NCBI GenBank assembly: GCA_964435625.1 | Contig: CAYTAG010000001.1 | Location: 7,190 to 71,189 of the forward strand | Source: an uncultured Halobacteriales archaeon | Lineage (GTDB): Archaea > Halobacteriota > Halobacteria > Halobacteriales > PXRE01 | Reading direction: 5' to 3' | DNA length: 64,000 bases | In this document: positions 50,934-59,200 of the stretch, one piece after another | Numbering within the stretch: position 1 is the first letter of the stretch | Layout of the letters: every line of letters starts with the position of its first letter | Made by a program: the position numbers and the translations under genes | The notes under the pieces: generated by a model | Database searches by the model: none | What the model was told of the DNA's origin: nothing | The model's input: only the letters and a program-made list of their open reading frames with translations

Positions 50934-51892
50934 GTCTCGTCACCTCCATCGGTGGGGACGTGCGGACTGCACGCCGCGCACATGGCCCCGCTCGGCAGGT
51001 GGACGCAGTTGCAGTCGGCCAGCGATTCGTCGGGCGCCGTGGCCGGGTTGCCTGCCGCATCCTGGTCGGCAGCCTCCTGCTCAGGGCCGCCGTCCGTCAG
51101 GAGCATCGGATCGTCGTCCGCGGGGACGAGACGCAGGCCGCCGGCCGCCCGCTCGTAGAGGCGGACTTCGTCGTCGCCAGCGACGCCGAGGTGGTCGAGC
51201 GCCTGGCCGCCCACGCCGATCCGGCCGTCCTCCCAGACCTCGTGGCTGCCCATCAAGCGGGGGTCCGAGGCGTCGGCGTCCCGGACCAGGGCGACGCTTT
51301 CATTCGGTTCTTCGAGGGCATGGACCTCGGCAATGTCCTCGCCCCAGGGCCCTTTCGTCCGGAGATTGAAGATCACCTCGCGGTTGGAGATCGAGTAGGT
51401 GCCGAGGTAGCCGTCGCCGGTAGGGTTGACGTACTTCGATCCGCCGTCGGAGCGGAGTGGCCCCGTCTCGGAGCCGAGGTTCTCCGCGATGTTTTGGCAT
51501 CGCGAACACTGGTCCAGGTCGAGCAGGCGTTCCGCAACGGCCCGGGGCACCTCCAGGTACCCCAGGCCGGCATAGCCACAGACCGGCTTTTGCTTCCCGG
51601 AGTTGTCGACCACCTCGTGGTAAACGGAGTGGACCTGCGATGGCTGGGTGGTGGCGGCGTCCTGGTCGACGGTGGCCGTGGGCAGCGTGCTGATCGCCAC
51701 GGACACCGTATCGTCGCGCTCGTCGTCGAACAGGAGCAGCAGGTCAGCGGCCGCCCGGAACACCTCGCTCCGGGACGGCCACTGGCCATCCTCGACGAGG
51801 TCCTGGACCGCGTCGACGGCCTCCTGTCGGTACCGGACGGTCTCGCGGGCCGTCTCGCCCTCGACGGACGATGGCGAGGCGTCACTCACCAT
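50930..51892 (-). CDS. ribbon-helix-helix plus AbrB-like domain protein
   Basis: RHH-like ETVRYRQEAVDAVQDLVEDGQWPSRSEVFRAAADLL. SKYVNPTGDGYLG. GGQALDHLGVAGDDEVRLYE. Start at the Met preceded by GGAGGTGA. Confidence 0.6.
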   Translation of the reverse strand: MVSDASPSSVEGETARETVRYRQEAVDAVQDLVEDGQWPSRSEVFRAAADLLLLFDDERDDTVSVAISTLPTATVDQDAATTQPSQVHSVYHEVVDNSGKQKPVCGYAGLGYLEVPRAVAERLLDLDQCSRCQNIAENLGSETGPLRSDGGSKYVNPTGDGYLGTYSISNREVIFNLRTKGPWGEDIAEVHALEEPNESVALVRDADASDPRLMGSHEVWEDGRIGVGGQALDHLGVAGDDEVRLYERAAGGLRLVPADDDPMLLTDGGPEQEAADQDAAGNPATAPDESLADCNCVHLPSGAMCAACSPHVPTDGGDET

Positions 51893-52838
51893 CGTCCTCA
51901 CCTCCCGACGGCTCAACCTGCTCGCGGATCTCCTCGGCGTCGTGGCGGTTCAGCAGGCTCACCACGGCGCCGACGTCCCGGGCGTCGTCCATCGTCGGGC
52001 ACCGCACCTCGACGACTTCAACGGTCCCGTAACTGTCGGCCTCGTGGTCGTAGACGGTTTTCTCGCCGGCGTGGTGGTTGGTGATCTCATCCTGTCCCTC
52101 GCCGGCGCCGGCTTCCGACGCTTTCCCAGCGGGGTCACCGGCAGGCGTCCCGCCGTCGGTTGCGAGATGCCCATCGTCGTCGCCCAGGGGCCGCCCGCAC
52201 GACGGGCAGTAGTCCCAGGACGGTGCACAGAGCCGGTCGCAGTCGCAGGCCTCCTGGGCCGGCAGCGGTGTCCCGTCCTCGTTCTCCTCGGCCCCCTCAG
52301 TCTCGGAGACAGTCTGACCGCCGTCCGTCGCGAGGCGGGCCTGGTCGTCTGCGCGGTCGGTGCGCTGGACGTCGACGATCTCTCCGAGCGCCCCCCCTGC
52401 CTCGGAGTGCACCGACTCCCACGCCGGCCACAGCAGCAGGTCGGGGTCGTCCTCCCGCGCCAGGACGACCTCGGGAGTCCCGGTCGGGGCGCCGTGCTCG
52501 TCGGTGATCGGCCTGATCGCCCCGACCTTCGCGGTCCGCTCCGGGTCGTACTTCGATCTCGGCGTCTCGTAGGTGACCTGGAGTTCGTCGTCCTCCGCGA
52601 GGTCAGTAATGCCGAACAGGTCGTCCTGGTGCCACAGTGACCCCGAACACTGGCCACAGCCGTCGACCGGCGGGACGATCTCTCCCCAGGTGGCCCTCAG
52701 TTCGACGTCGCGAACGTCGTCGACGTCGACCTTCTGGCCGCAGGCCAGCAGATGCTTCCGGCCCTCCATCTCGACGGAGATGTGCCACTGCAGGGACCGA
52801 AACCGTTCGTCGACGAGGACCAGCGTCGTCTCGCTCAT
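51882..52838 (-). CDS. hypothetical acidic protein with Cys cluster
   Basis: 318 aa. CDCDRLC...CPSCG. Two LATDGG motifs. Confidence 0.55.
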   Translation of the reverse strand: MSETTLVLVDERFRSLQWHISVEMEGRKHLLACGQKVDVDDVRDVELRATWGEIVPPVDGCGQCSGSLWHQDDLFGITDLAEDDELQVTYETPRSKYDPERTAKVGAIRPITDEHGAPTGTPEVVLAREDDPDLLLWPAWESVHSEAGGALGEIVDVQRTDRADDQARLATDGGQTVSETEGAEENEDGTPLPAQEACDCDRLCAPSWDYCPSCGRPLGDDDGHLATDGGTPAGDPAGKASEAGAGEGQDEITNHHAGEKTVYDHEADSYGTVEVVEVRCPTMDDARDVGAVVSLLNRHDAEEIREQVEPSGGEDDGE

Positions 52839-54037
52839 GCGGCATCACCGTCCTCGTCCGTGGTGGCGGTCTGTTGCTGGTCCTCGAGGACGTGGCAGGC
52901 GTGTCTCGCGACGGCGACCGGGTTCGCGTCCAGCGAGTGTGCGACGTGGGAGATGTGGGCCGCGAGTTGGTAGAACGCGAAGTCGTCGAGGACGGCGTCC
53001 GCCTGGAACGAGGGGATCGTCTCGGTCCCGTCCTCGTCCGACACGATCACCATCACCGACTCGACCTCCTCGGGGTCCACGTCGACGAGGTACTCCCCGA
53101 GCGCCTGCAGGTGGTCGGCGTGACTGTCGAGGTCGCCGTCGAACCAGGCGAGCGGGTGGTCGTCCGGCAGGTCCTCCGGGGCCGTGTGAACGTCGACGCC
53201 GCCGTCCTGGACTTTTTCGTCAACAGCCTGGTCGCCGTCCGCCATGACGCGGGGATCGTCGTCGGCGTCGACGAGTAGCACTTCGTCGGACCCGTGTTCG
53301 TAAGCCCGGACGTCATCGTCCGGCCCAACCCCCAGCGCGTCGAGGGCAGGCCCCCCGACGCTGAATAGCGGATAGTTCCGCTCATTCGTGACAGTGCCCG
53401 CGTCGAGGATCTTGCGGTCCCCGGGTTCGGTGGTGATGGCCACTCCGTCCTCGGCGGCCACGATGTCCGCGTCGTCGCCGTCGTCGAGGCCCAAATGCCG
53501 GAGGGCGTCGCCCCCGAGTTGCGTCCGCTTCCGGGAGTCGACACCGAACACGCCGAGGTAGCCGTCGCCAGTCTCGCGGACGTACTTCGATCCGCCGTCG
53601 GTCCGAGCGTCGTGGCCCTCGTTGCAGCCTTCGATACCGCAACCAGTCAGACCGCATTCAGGACACTCCCAACAGGCGTCCCCGGCCGGAGTAGGTTCGG
53701 CATCACAGGAGATGCACTCGTCGGGGATTTGTTCAGACGTGCCCCCGTCGGCCATCGCGACCGCCGTCGCCGCGTCGCCCCCGCTGCAGGTCGGGCAGGC
53801 CGACCAGCGCTCGTCGAGCGTGTCGGGGTCAACCTCATTCACGCCCGCGTTCGGCAGGTCCGGGCAGTGGCGGTCCTCGTGGTACTCGTCCTCGCCCTCG
53901 GCGCGGAGGCCCGCCGGAGCGGTGTAAACGCTCTCGGTGTCGAACTGCCGCCAGCGGTCGGCTCCGCAGTCGCACTCCGCAGCGGGCAACTCCTCGTAGA
54001 CCTGCTGGCAGTTCCGACACTCGAAGGCGGTCGCCAT
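52835..54037 (-). CDS. zinc-ribbon plus AbrB-like domain protein, paralog of 50930..51892
   Basis: CRNC...CDCG at the N-terminus. SKYVRETGDGYLG. GGDALRHLGLDDGDDADIV and GGPALDALGVGPDDDVRAYE. Internal Met preceded by GGAGGTGG. Confidence 0.6.
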   Translation of the reverse strand: MATAFECRNCQQVYEELPAAECDCGADRWRQFDTESVYTAPAGLRAEGEDEYHEDRHCPDLPNAGVNEVDPDTLDERWSACPTCSGGDAATAVAMADGGTSEQIPDECISCDAEPTPAGDACWECPECGLTGCGIEGCNEGHDARTDGGSKYVRETGDGYLGVFGVDSRKRTQLGGDALRHLGLDDGDDADIVAAEDGVAITTEPGDRKILDAGTVTNERNYPLFSVGGPALDALGVGPDDDVRAYEHGSDEVLLVDADDDPRVMADGDQAVDEKVQDGGVDVHTAPEDLPDDHPLAWFDGDLDSHADHLQALGEYLVDVDPEEVESVMVIVSDEDGTETIPSFQADAVLDDFAFYQLAAHISHVAHSLDANPVAVARHACHVLEDQQQTATTDEDGDAA

Positions 54038-54900
54038 CAGGCCCCACCTCCCTCGCGGTCGTTGGCGTCCTCGATCTTCTCTGCCAGGTGACGGAGCGCC
54101 GCGGCCGGCGTCTCTCCACCAACATCCTGATAGTTGATGCCGGTGTCGACGCTTGCCGACCAAATCTCGCGTTCTTCGTCTCCGTCGCGGACTGCCGTCC
54201 GCCCGACCGAGATTTCAAACCGACGGCCATCATCATCCTGGCTATCCGTATCCGCAGGCGCGGCGCCGTCCGTCGCGAGGGCGAAGTAGTAGGATGACGA
54301 CTCGAGATCGTCCCAACTTCCGTGGGTAGCGAGGACCTCCCACGCGTGCATCAACTCGGAGTCCGGCACCGGCCCACCTGCGAACGTGTCGTGGTCGGTC
54401 TGATGGTAGTGCGCCGCCGCCGCCGTCGTGATCTCAGAGTCGCGAGTCGGCTGCTCGACGTCGAACTGCTCGGCCACCAGGAACGAGCAGTCGTTGCAGA
54501 TGTTGAGGACGCGGCCCTCAGTGTCGACGTCGTCGTCCTCCAGACCCTCGTCGCTCGCCGTGGTGGCCAGCCCACCGTCAGCGACGGCCTTGCCCGGGTC
54601 GACGTAGATGACGTCCTCAAGGCGGTCGAGTTCCGTCCGCAGCAGGTCCTCGCCGGCCTCGGTGGGTGCGTACCAGTTCGTCCGCCGGTCGCGCTGGCCC
54701 TTCTCGATGTACCCCTTCTCGACGAGGTCGTCGAGGTTCGGGTACAGCCGGCCGTGGTTGACCTCCTCGTAGATCGCTTGCAGGCGCTCCTTGATGGCGA
54801 GGCCGTGCGGGGGGTCGTCCAACTCGTGGTCGAGACGCGCCGTCTCGATCAGGACGTTCCACTGGAACGCGGTCAGGACCGACCAGGGCGTCGCCTTCAT
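54037..54900 (-). CDS. PadR-like wHTH regulator with C-terminal extension
   Basis: HGLAIKERLQAIYEEVNHGRLYPNLDDLVEKGYIEKGQRDRRTNWYAPTEAG. Confidence 0.65.
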   Translation of the reverse strand: MKATPWSVLTAFQWNVLIETARLDHELDDPPHGLAIKERLQAIYEEVNHGRLYPNLDDLVEKGYIEKGQRDRRTNWYAPTEAGEDLLRTELDRLEDVIYVDPGKAVADGGLATTASDEGLEDDDVDTEGRVLNICNDCSFLVAEQFDVEQPTRDSEITTAAAAHYHQTDHDTFAGGPVPDSELMHAWEVLATHGSWDDLESSSYYFALATDGAAPADTDSQDDDGRRFEISVGRTAVRDGDEEREIWSASVDTGINYQDVGGETPAAALRHLAEKIEDANDREGGGA

Positions 54901-55370
54901 GCCTCATCCCCCCGTTTGAGGTCGACCAGTCGATGGTCGATGTACTGCTGGACCTCGTCGGGGTCGGGGTAGCCGTCGGCCTTCCGCAGCGTCGCGCCGG
55001 TGAGCGCGTCGACGATCTCCTCGCCGCCTAGGTCGCCGTCCTGGTGCAGCTTCCGGAGGTCGTCTCGGGTGGCCACGACCTCCTCAGCGGTCGCCTTCCA
55101 GTCCGGCACGTCGACGTCCGAGGCGCCCTGGAGGTCCTCGTAGACGACGCGCTTGACCTGTGTCTCGGGGACGCAGATCTCGGCGGCGAGCGTCGGCGTC
55201 TCCAGTTCCGGGACTTCGACCTCAAGTTCGACCTTGACCGGGTACTCAGTCGGCTTCCGGTCGCTCTTGTCTGGTTTGGTCTTCCGGAACCGGAGGTCAT
55301 CGTCGCGCCAGTCGACGAGCACCCACCCACGGTAGGTCTTCGTCCGGGCGTCACGACTGCCGTCGGTCAC
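54897..55370 (-). CDS. hypothetical protein
   Basis: 157-aa ORF. GGAGGTGAG lies upstream. Confidence 0.55.
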   Translation of the reverse strand: MTDGSRDARTKTYRGWVLVDWRDDDLRFRKTKPDKSDRKPTEYPVKVELEVEVPELETPTLAAEICVPETQVKRVVYEDLQGASDVDVPDWKATAEEVVATRDDLRKLHQDGDLGGEEIVDALTGATLRKADGYPDPDEVQQYIDHRLVDLKRGDEA

Positions 55371-56386
55371 GCCCCCTCACCTCCGTTGGGCTCGCCCTGC
55401 TCGTCGCCGACCTCGTCCCAGACCGCTATACCGACAGCGAGCGGCCCAGGCAGTTCCGTGTAGTGATTCCTAATCGGCTCCCAGCCGTCATCGTCCTCCC
55501 GTTCCAATAGCCGAACCGTGCCCCCGTAGTCGACTCCGATTGCTCTGTCTCCGTTGACCAACAGGCTGTCGTGGGTTGTATCAGAATCCTGCAATTCCCA
55601 GTCCTCAGGAAGAAGCTGACGAATATTCTCCTCCCTCTTCTTCCGAAGCGTTCCTTCGTCGGAGGCCTGGCCGCCGTCCGTCACGAGTTGCGCCTGCTCG
55701 TCGGTGGTGGGGCCATCGGGGCAGGGGTCGAACTCCTCCAGGACCTCGTACGCGCGCTCGCGGCGGTCGGCGTGCGGCGGGATCGACGCCGAGTAGGTGC
55801 TCGACGCGTCGATACAGCGCTCGCCGGCGCCGGCCGAACACGTGGGGCAGTCGACGGCGGTCTCCGGCTCCAGGCCGCGCCAGACGGCCTGGCAGGCGAT
55901 ACAGACAGTGATCGTCTCCCCTCTCGTCCCGTCGTGGATCCGCGCCCACTGGTGGGCGCCCTCGACGAGGGTGGGGTCGTCGACCGACGCGTGGGTGTTG
56001 CAAACCGGCAGGTCGTTCGTCGCGTACGCGCTGTACGAGCAGGGCTTCCCGCTGCCGGTGAGCGCGAGACAGTCCTCGTCGACGTCGGCGCCGTGGACGA
56101 CGGCCTCGAACGGCCAGTCGATCCGTTCCGGCGTGTCTTCGCCGCCATCGGTCGCGACGTCGCTGCTGTCGACGTTCACCGGCCGCTTGCGGCCCTGGCC
56201 CTGATTCTGGTAGAGGTCCGGGATCCGCGAGTCAGAGATCTGGTGCCCGCACGGGTCGAGTCGCACTTCGTCCGGGCCGACGGCGTCGATCCCTGCCACC
56301 GGGGCACCGCAGGTCGTACAGTACCCAGTCTGGTTGTCGTTCTGTGCTCCGGAATCCTTTTGCGTCGTGTGGTCCGATTGGTACAT
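55367..56386 (-). CDS. multi zinc-finger protein, first gene of the 34-gene operon
   Basis: Start at the internal Met (MYQSDHTT). The longer track ORF (to 56983) would overlap the opposite-strand repressor gene. CTTCG...CGH, CIAC...CPTC. Confidence 0.6.
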   Translation of the reverse strand: MYQSDHTTQKDSGAQNDNQTGYCTTCGAPVAGIDAVGPDEVRLDPCGHQISDSRIPDLYQNQGQGRKRPVNVDSSDVATDGGEDTPERIDWPFEAVVHGADVDEDCLALTGSGKPCSYSAYATNDLPVCNTHASVDDPTLVEGAHQWARIHDGTRGETITVCIACQAVWRGLEPETAVDCPTCSAGAGERCIDASSTYSASIPPHADRRERAYEVLEEFDPCPDGPTTDEQAQLVTDGGQASDEGTLRKKREENIRQLLPEDWELQDSDTTHDSLLVNGDRAIGVDYGGTVRLLEREDDDGWEPIRNHYTELPGPLAVGIAVWDEVGDEQGEPNGGEGA

Positions 56387-56659
56387 GGTTGCGGCACCGT
56401 GGTTGCCGGAACCGACGCGGGCCGGAGCCCCTTTCTCCGGCTCGCAGATTCTACGAGACCAGCAACCGCTCAGCCAACGTCCAGCGTGGAGTGTGGCGCG
56501 GAGCCCGTCATCGGTTCCTATCTGCCTTGAGACACTATAGTTAAATAAGCTTAACCCTACATCACTAGTTCTGAACAGATAGTCTGGTAGCGACCATTTA
56601 CTGTTTTCTGAGTCACCCTCCACGGTGAGAATAAACGACGCTCCATCGTCTATGATACC
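56387..56659. promoter_or_regulatory. divergent control region between the repressor-like gene and the long operon
   Basis: AT-rich core GAGACACTATAGTTAAATAAGCTTAACCCTACATCACTAG. Hairpin CCGGAG-N7-CTCCGG near 56432. Confidence 0.5.
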
Positions 56660-56950
56660 ATGAGAATAAGGCTGCCGGCAGACTGGATGGTGCCCGCCGA
56701 CGAGCGGGTGCTGGAATATCTCTACACCGAGGGCCCGAAATCCCCGTCGAACATTGCCCGCGACGACCGGGTAGATTTCTCTCGAACGACGGTTAACACT
56801 CGTCTTCTGAAACTCGCAGCTGCAGGTCTGGTTAACAAGGACGAAATCGGCCGTGGCATCTACGAGATCTCGGACAAGGGCGAAAAGTTCCTCACTGGCG
56901 AGTTCGATGCTCGGGACCTCCCGGATCCCGATACCGACGGCGAGATTTGA
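56660..56950 (+). CDS. phiH1-repressor-like winged-helix regulator
   Basis: MRIRLPADWMVPADERVLEYLYTEGPKSPSNIA...TVNTRLLKLAAAGLVNKDEIGRGIYEISDKGEKFLTGE. Confidence 0.75.
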   Translation: MRIRLPADWMVPADERVLEYLYTEGPKSPSNIARDDRVDFSRTTVNTRLLKLAAAGLVNKDEIGRGIYEISDKGEKFLTGEFDARDLPDPDTDGEI

Positions 56951-56983
56951 TCGTCGCCCCCGAGCGAGGATCTTAGATGCCAT

Positions 56984-57229
56984 CTACCGGCCCTCCCGGA
57001 ACGCCACCTCGGTCCAGGTGTCCAGCTTGCGGTCGACGAGGGCCTCGACGAAGTAGCCCTCGTCACACGACCAGCAGTGGACCTCGTCGGCGCCCGGGTC
57101 GATCTCGCGCAGAAACACGTGGCCCCGAGGACACCCGAGGCGATAGGGGTCTTTAAAGGCCTCCGCCGGAGGACGGCCCTGGTTGTCGGTTCCGCTACTT
57201 ATATCCCTGGCTGTGGTGTAGTGGCTCAT
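56984..57229 (-). CDS. small zinc-finger protein
   Basis: CPRGH...CWSCDEG. Confidence 0.5.
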   Translation of the reverse strand: MSHYTTARDISSGTDNQGRPPAEAFKDPYRLGCPRGHVFLREIDPGADEVHCWSCDEGYFVEALVDRKLDTWTEVAFREGR

Positions 57230-57703
57230 GCGTGTCCCTCTAGCCGCGTTTTCGTTCGGAGCGTTGGGACGCGCGGCCTCGGCGCTGGACCCGCCGGGGC
57301 CAAATCACTGGCACCCGCCGCGCGCCGTGCAAATCAGGAAGTGCTTAGGTAATAATTCTCATGGGTATGACCATCCTGAAAGTGAAATTGGAATTATACT
57401 GCGCCTCGTATAGTGATTGAACCATCTGGTGGTTTCGGAATATTGAGACGGAGCGGCGATCCAAATTATGTCTGATACCCGATAACTATCGGACTGCGGC
57501 GAGAATCGCCGGTGAAAGTGAAACGCGGATTGGCGTAGGAACTTCCTGACGACCCGAAATAATGTGCTACTTCAAAGAGGTTGGGAAAAGAATCCACTAA
57601 CTGATTATATTCTCTCTGCGATTGAGAATGACGAACCAGCTGAACCCTATCCGTTGATGATATGACAACAGAGCAAGCAAAGATTAGTAAGCATTGATAC
57701 GCA

Positions 57704-58060
57704 ATGGTTGAACTGACAAGCATGGAATCCGAACCCGATGGTAAATACACACTTCCTCACAAGATCATCACTGGTGCGACGATCATCTACGTCGTTCTCG
57801 GGGCGATCCTCTGGGTGACCGTCCCGCCGTATTACGATAGACTAATCGGTCGATTGATCCTCACCCCCGCCATGTTTGGTGCGATTCTGGCCCACCCGGT
57901 CGCGCTCTATTACTACTACAAAGATAACAAATCGCTTGAACAGCACGGGATCAATCCGCCGACCTGGTACATTTACATTGGACTATCATTCCTCGTGACG
58001 GGGTTCGTGACGGCGCCGCTCTACTTGCTCCAGCGACGATCCCGCATCGCCAACGGGTAA
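57704..58060 (+). CDS. membrane protein (lower-GC gene)
   Basis: 118 aa, four TM helices. Confidence 0.55.
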   Translation: MVELTSMESEPDGKYTLPHKIITGATIIYVVLGAILWVTVPPYYDRLIGRLILTPAMFGAILAHPVALYYYYKDNKSLEQHGINPPTWYIYIGLSFLVTGFVTAPLYLLQRRSRIANG

Positions 58061-58068
58061 AGCTATCC

Positions 58069-59175
58069 TCACTCCCACCACTCGGTCCGCCGCTCAGCGA
58101 ACGACGCGTCCGGGGAGAGGACGTCGGGCCGATCCTCGCCGGTCAGGCCGACCAGCGTGGCCAGGTGGTACGCCACGTGCCAGCCGACGGCGTCCTCGTC
58201 GGCCGCCGCCGTCATCACGGAGGCTCCGTCGTAAAACTCCGGGGCGCCGTCGCGGTCAGTATCGAGGCGGTCGGTCGAGATGCAACTCCCGCCCTCGAAC
58301 TCGGCGCCGCAGATGCCCTCCTGGTGGCTCACGTAGATTACGACGTCGGCATACTCCGCGCGCTCGGCCTCGACGAACGTCACGTCCTCGGCCAGGCTCC
58401 TATCTGCCCCCTCGCGGAAGTAGTCGATGGCGTGCGCGACCTGCTGGCGCTCCGTCTCGGTCAGCTGCTCGCCCTCGTCGGACGCAACGTAGTAGGTAAG
58501 TCGCGGCGTCTCCTCGTCCTCCCAGGGCCACTCCCGCGCCGAGAGATCGGGTTGCGGGAACCGCTGGATGTCGGGCAGCGTGTCGTTCATCAGCGGCATC
58601 GGTGCCTCGCCGTGGGCGATGCCCTGGAGGTGGCCGAACTCGTGCTTCAGGATCGTGACCGTCGAGGGGTCGTCCCATCCGGCCTCGATGTCGATCCGCG
58701 CCGGCGGCGTCACGTCGTCGTCCTGTGTGAGCGTGTCCGCACAGCCCACGTGGTCGTTCGAGTACGACCGCCCGCAGGACCGCATCTCCTCCTGGATCCG
58801 GACCAGGATGTCCGGCGAGGACGCGTCCGCGTCCAGTTCGAACTGCGCGGGATAGGTCGCGTAGTCGGCGTTGTGCTCGTTCCAGTAGTCCAGCGCCTCC
58901 TGGACGAGCGGGGCGAAGTCCCGCGACTCGTTGACGTCGGTCTCGATCCCGACGGTCAGCGTCTCTTTCGCCCACGGGTTCGGAACCGGCGTCGGCGTCG
59001 GGGTCGGCGTCGCTGTTGGGGTCGACGTCGGCGTCGCCGGCGCGTCCGAGGGGGTCGCAGTCCCGCTCGGCGTGTCGGTCTCCGCCGGCGTGGACGCCGG
59101 GCCGCCACCCATACACCCCGCAAGGACGAGTACCGCGGCCAGGATCAGCGCTCGGCCGGGAGAGGTTCGTACCAT
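58069..59175 (-). CDS. secreted metzincin-type zinc metalloprotease lipoprotein
   Basis: Lipobox LVLAGC. Thr/Pro-rich linker. HEFGHLQGIAH (HExxHxxGxxH) with a downstream PLM Met-turn candidate. Confidence 0.7.
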   Translation of the reverse strand: MVRTSPGRALILAAVLVLAGCMGGGPASTPAETDTPSGTATPSDAPATPTSTPTATPTPTPTPVPNPWAKETLTVGIETDVNESRDFAPLVQEALDYWNEHNADYATYPAQFELDADASSPDILVRIQEEMRSCGRSYSNDHVGCADTLTQDDDVTPPARIDIEAGWDDPSTVTILKHEFGHLQGIAHGEAPMPLMNDTLPDIQRFPQPDLSAREWPWEDEETPRLTYYVASDEGEQLTETERQQVAHAIDYFREGADRSLAEDVTFVEAERAEYADVVIYVSHQEGICGAEFEGGSCISTDRLDTDRDGAPEFYDGASVMTAAADEDAVGWHVAYHLATLVGLTGEDRPDVLSPDASFAERRTEWWE

Positions 59176-59200
59176 ATTAAAACGATTGCTTGCACGATAA

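Noticed and set aside
56387-56983. N-terminal 199 codons of track ORF 55367..56983
   Set aside because: This part would overlap the well-supported opposite-strand phiH-repressor-like gene and the AT-rich control region. Its composition is non-acidic, so the internal Met at 56386 was used.
57466-57750. 94-aa minus-strand ORF in the AT-rich spacer
   Set aside because: It has a low-complexity, non-acidic sequence and overlaps the start of the plus-strand membrane gene. It is probably intergenic.
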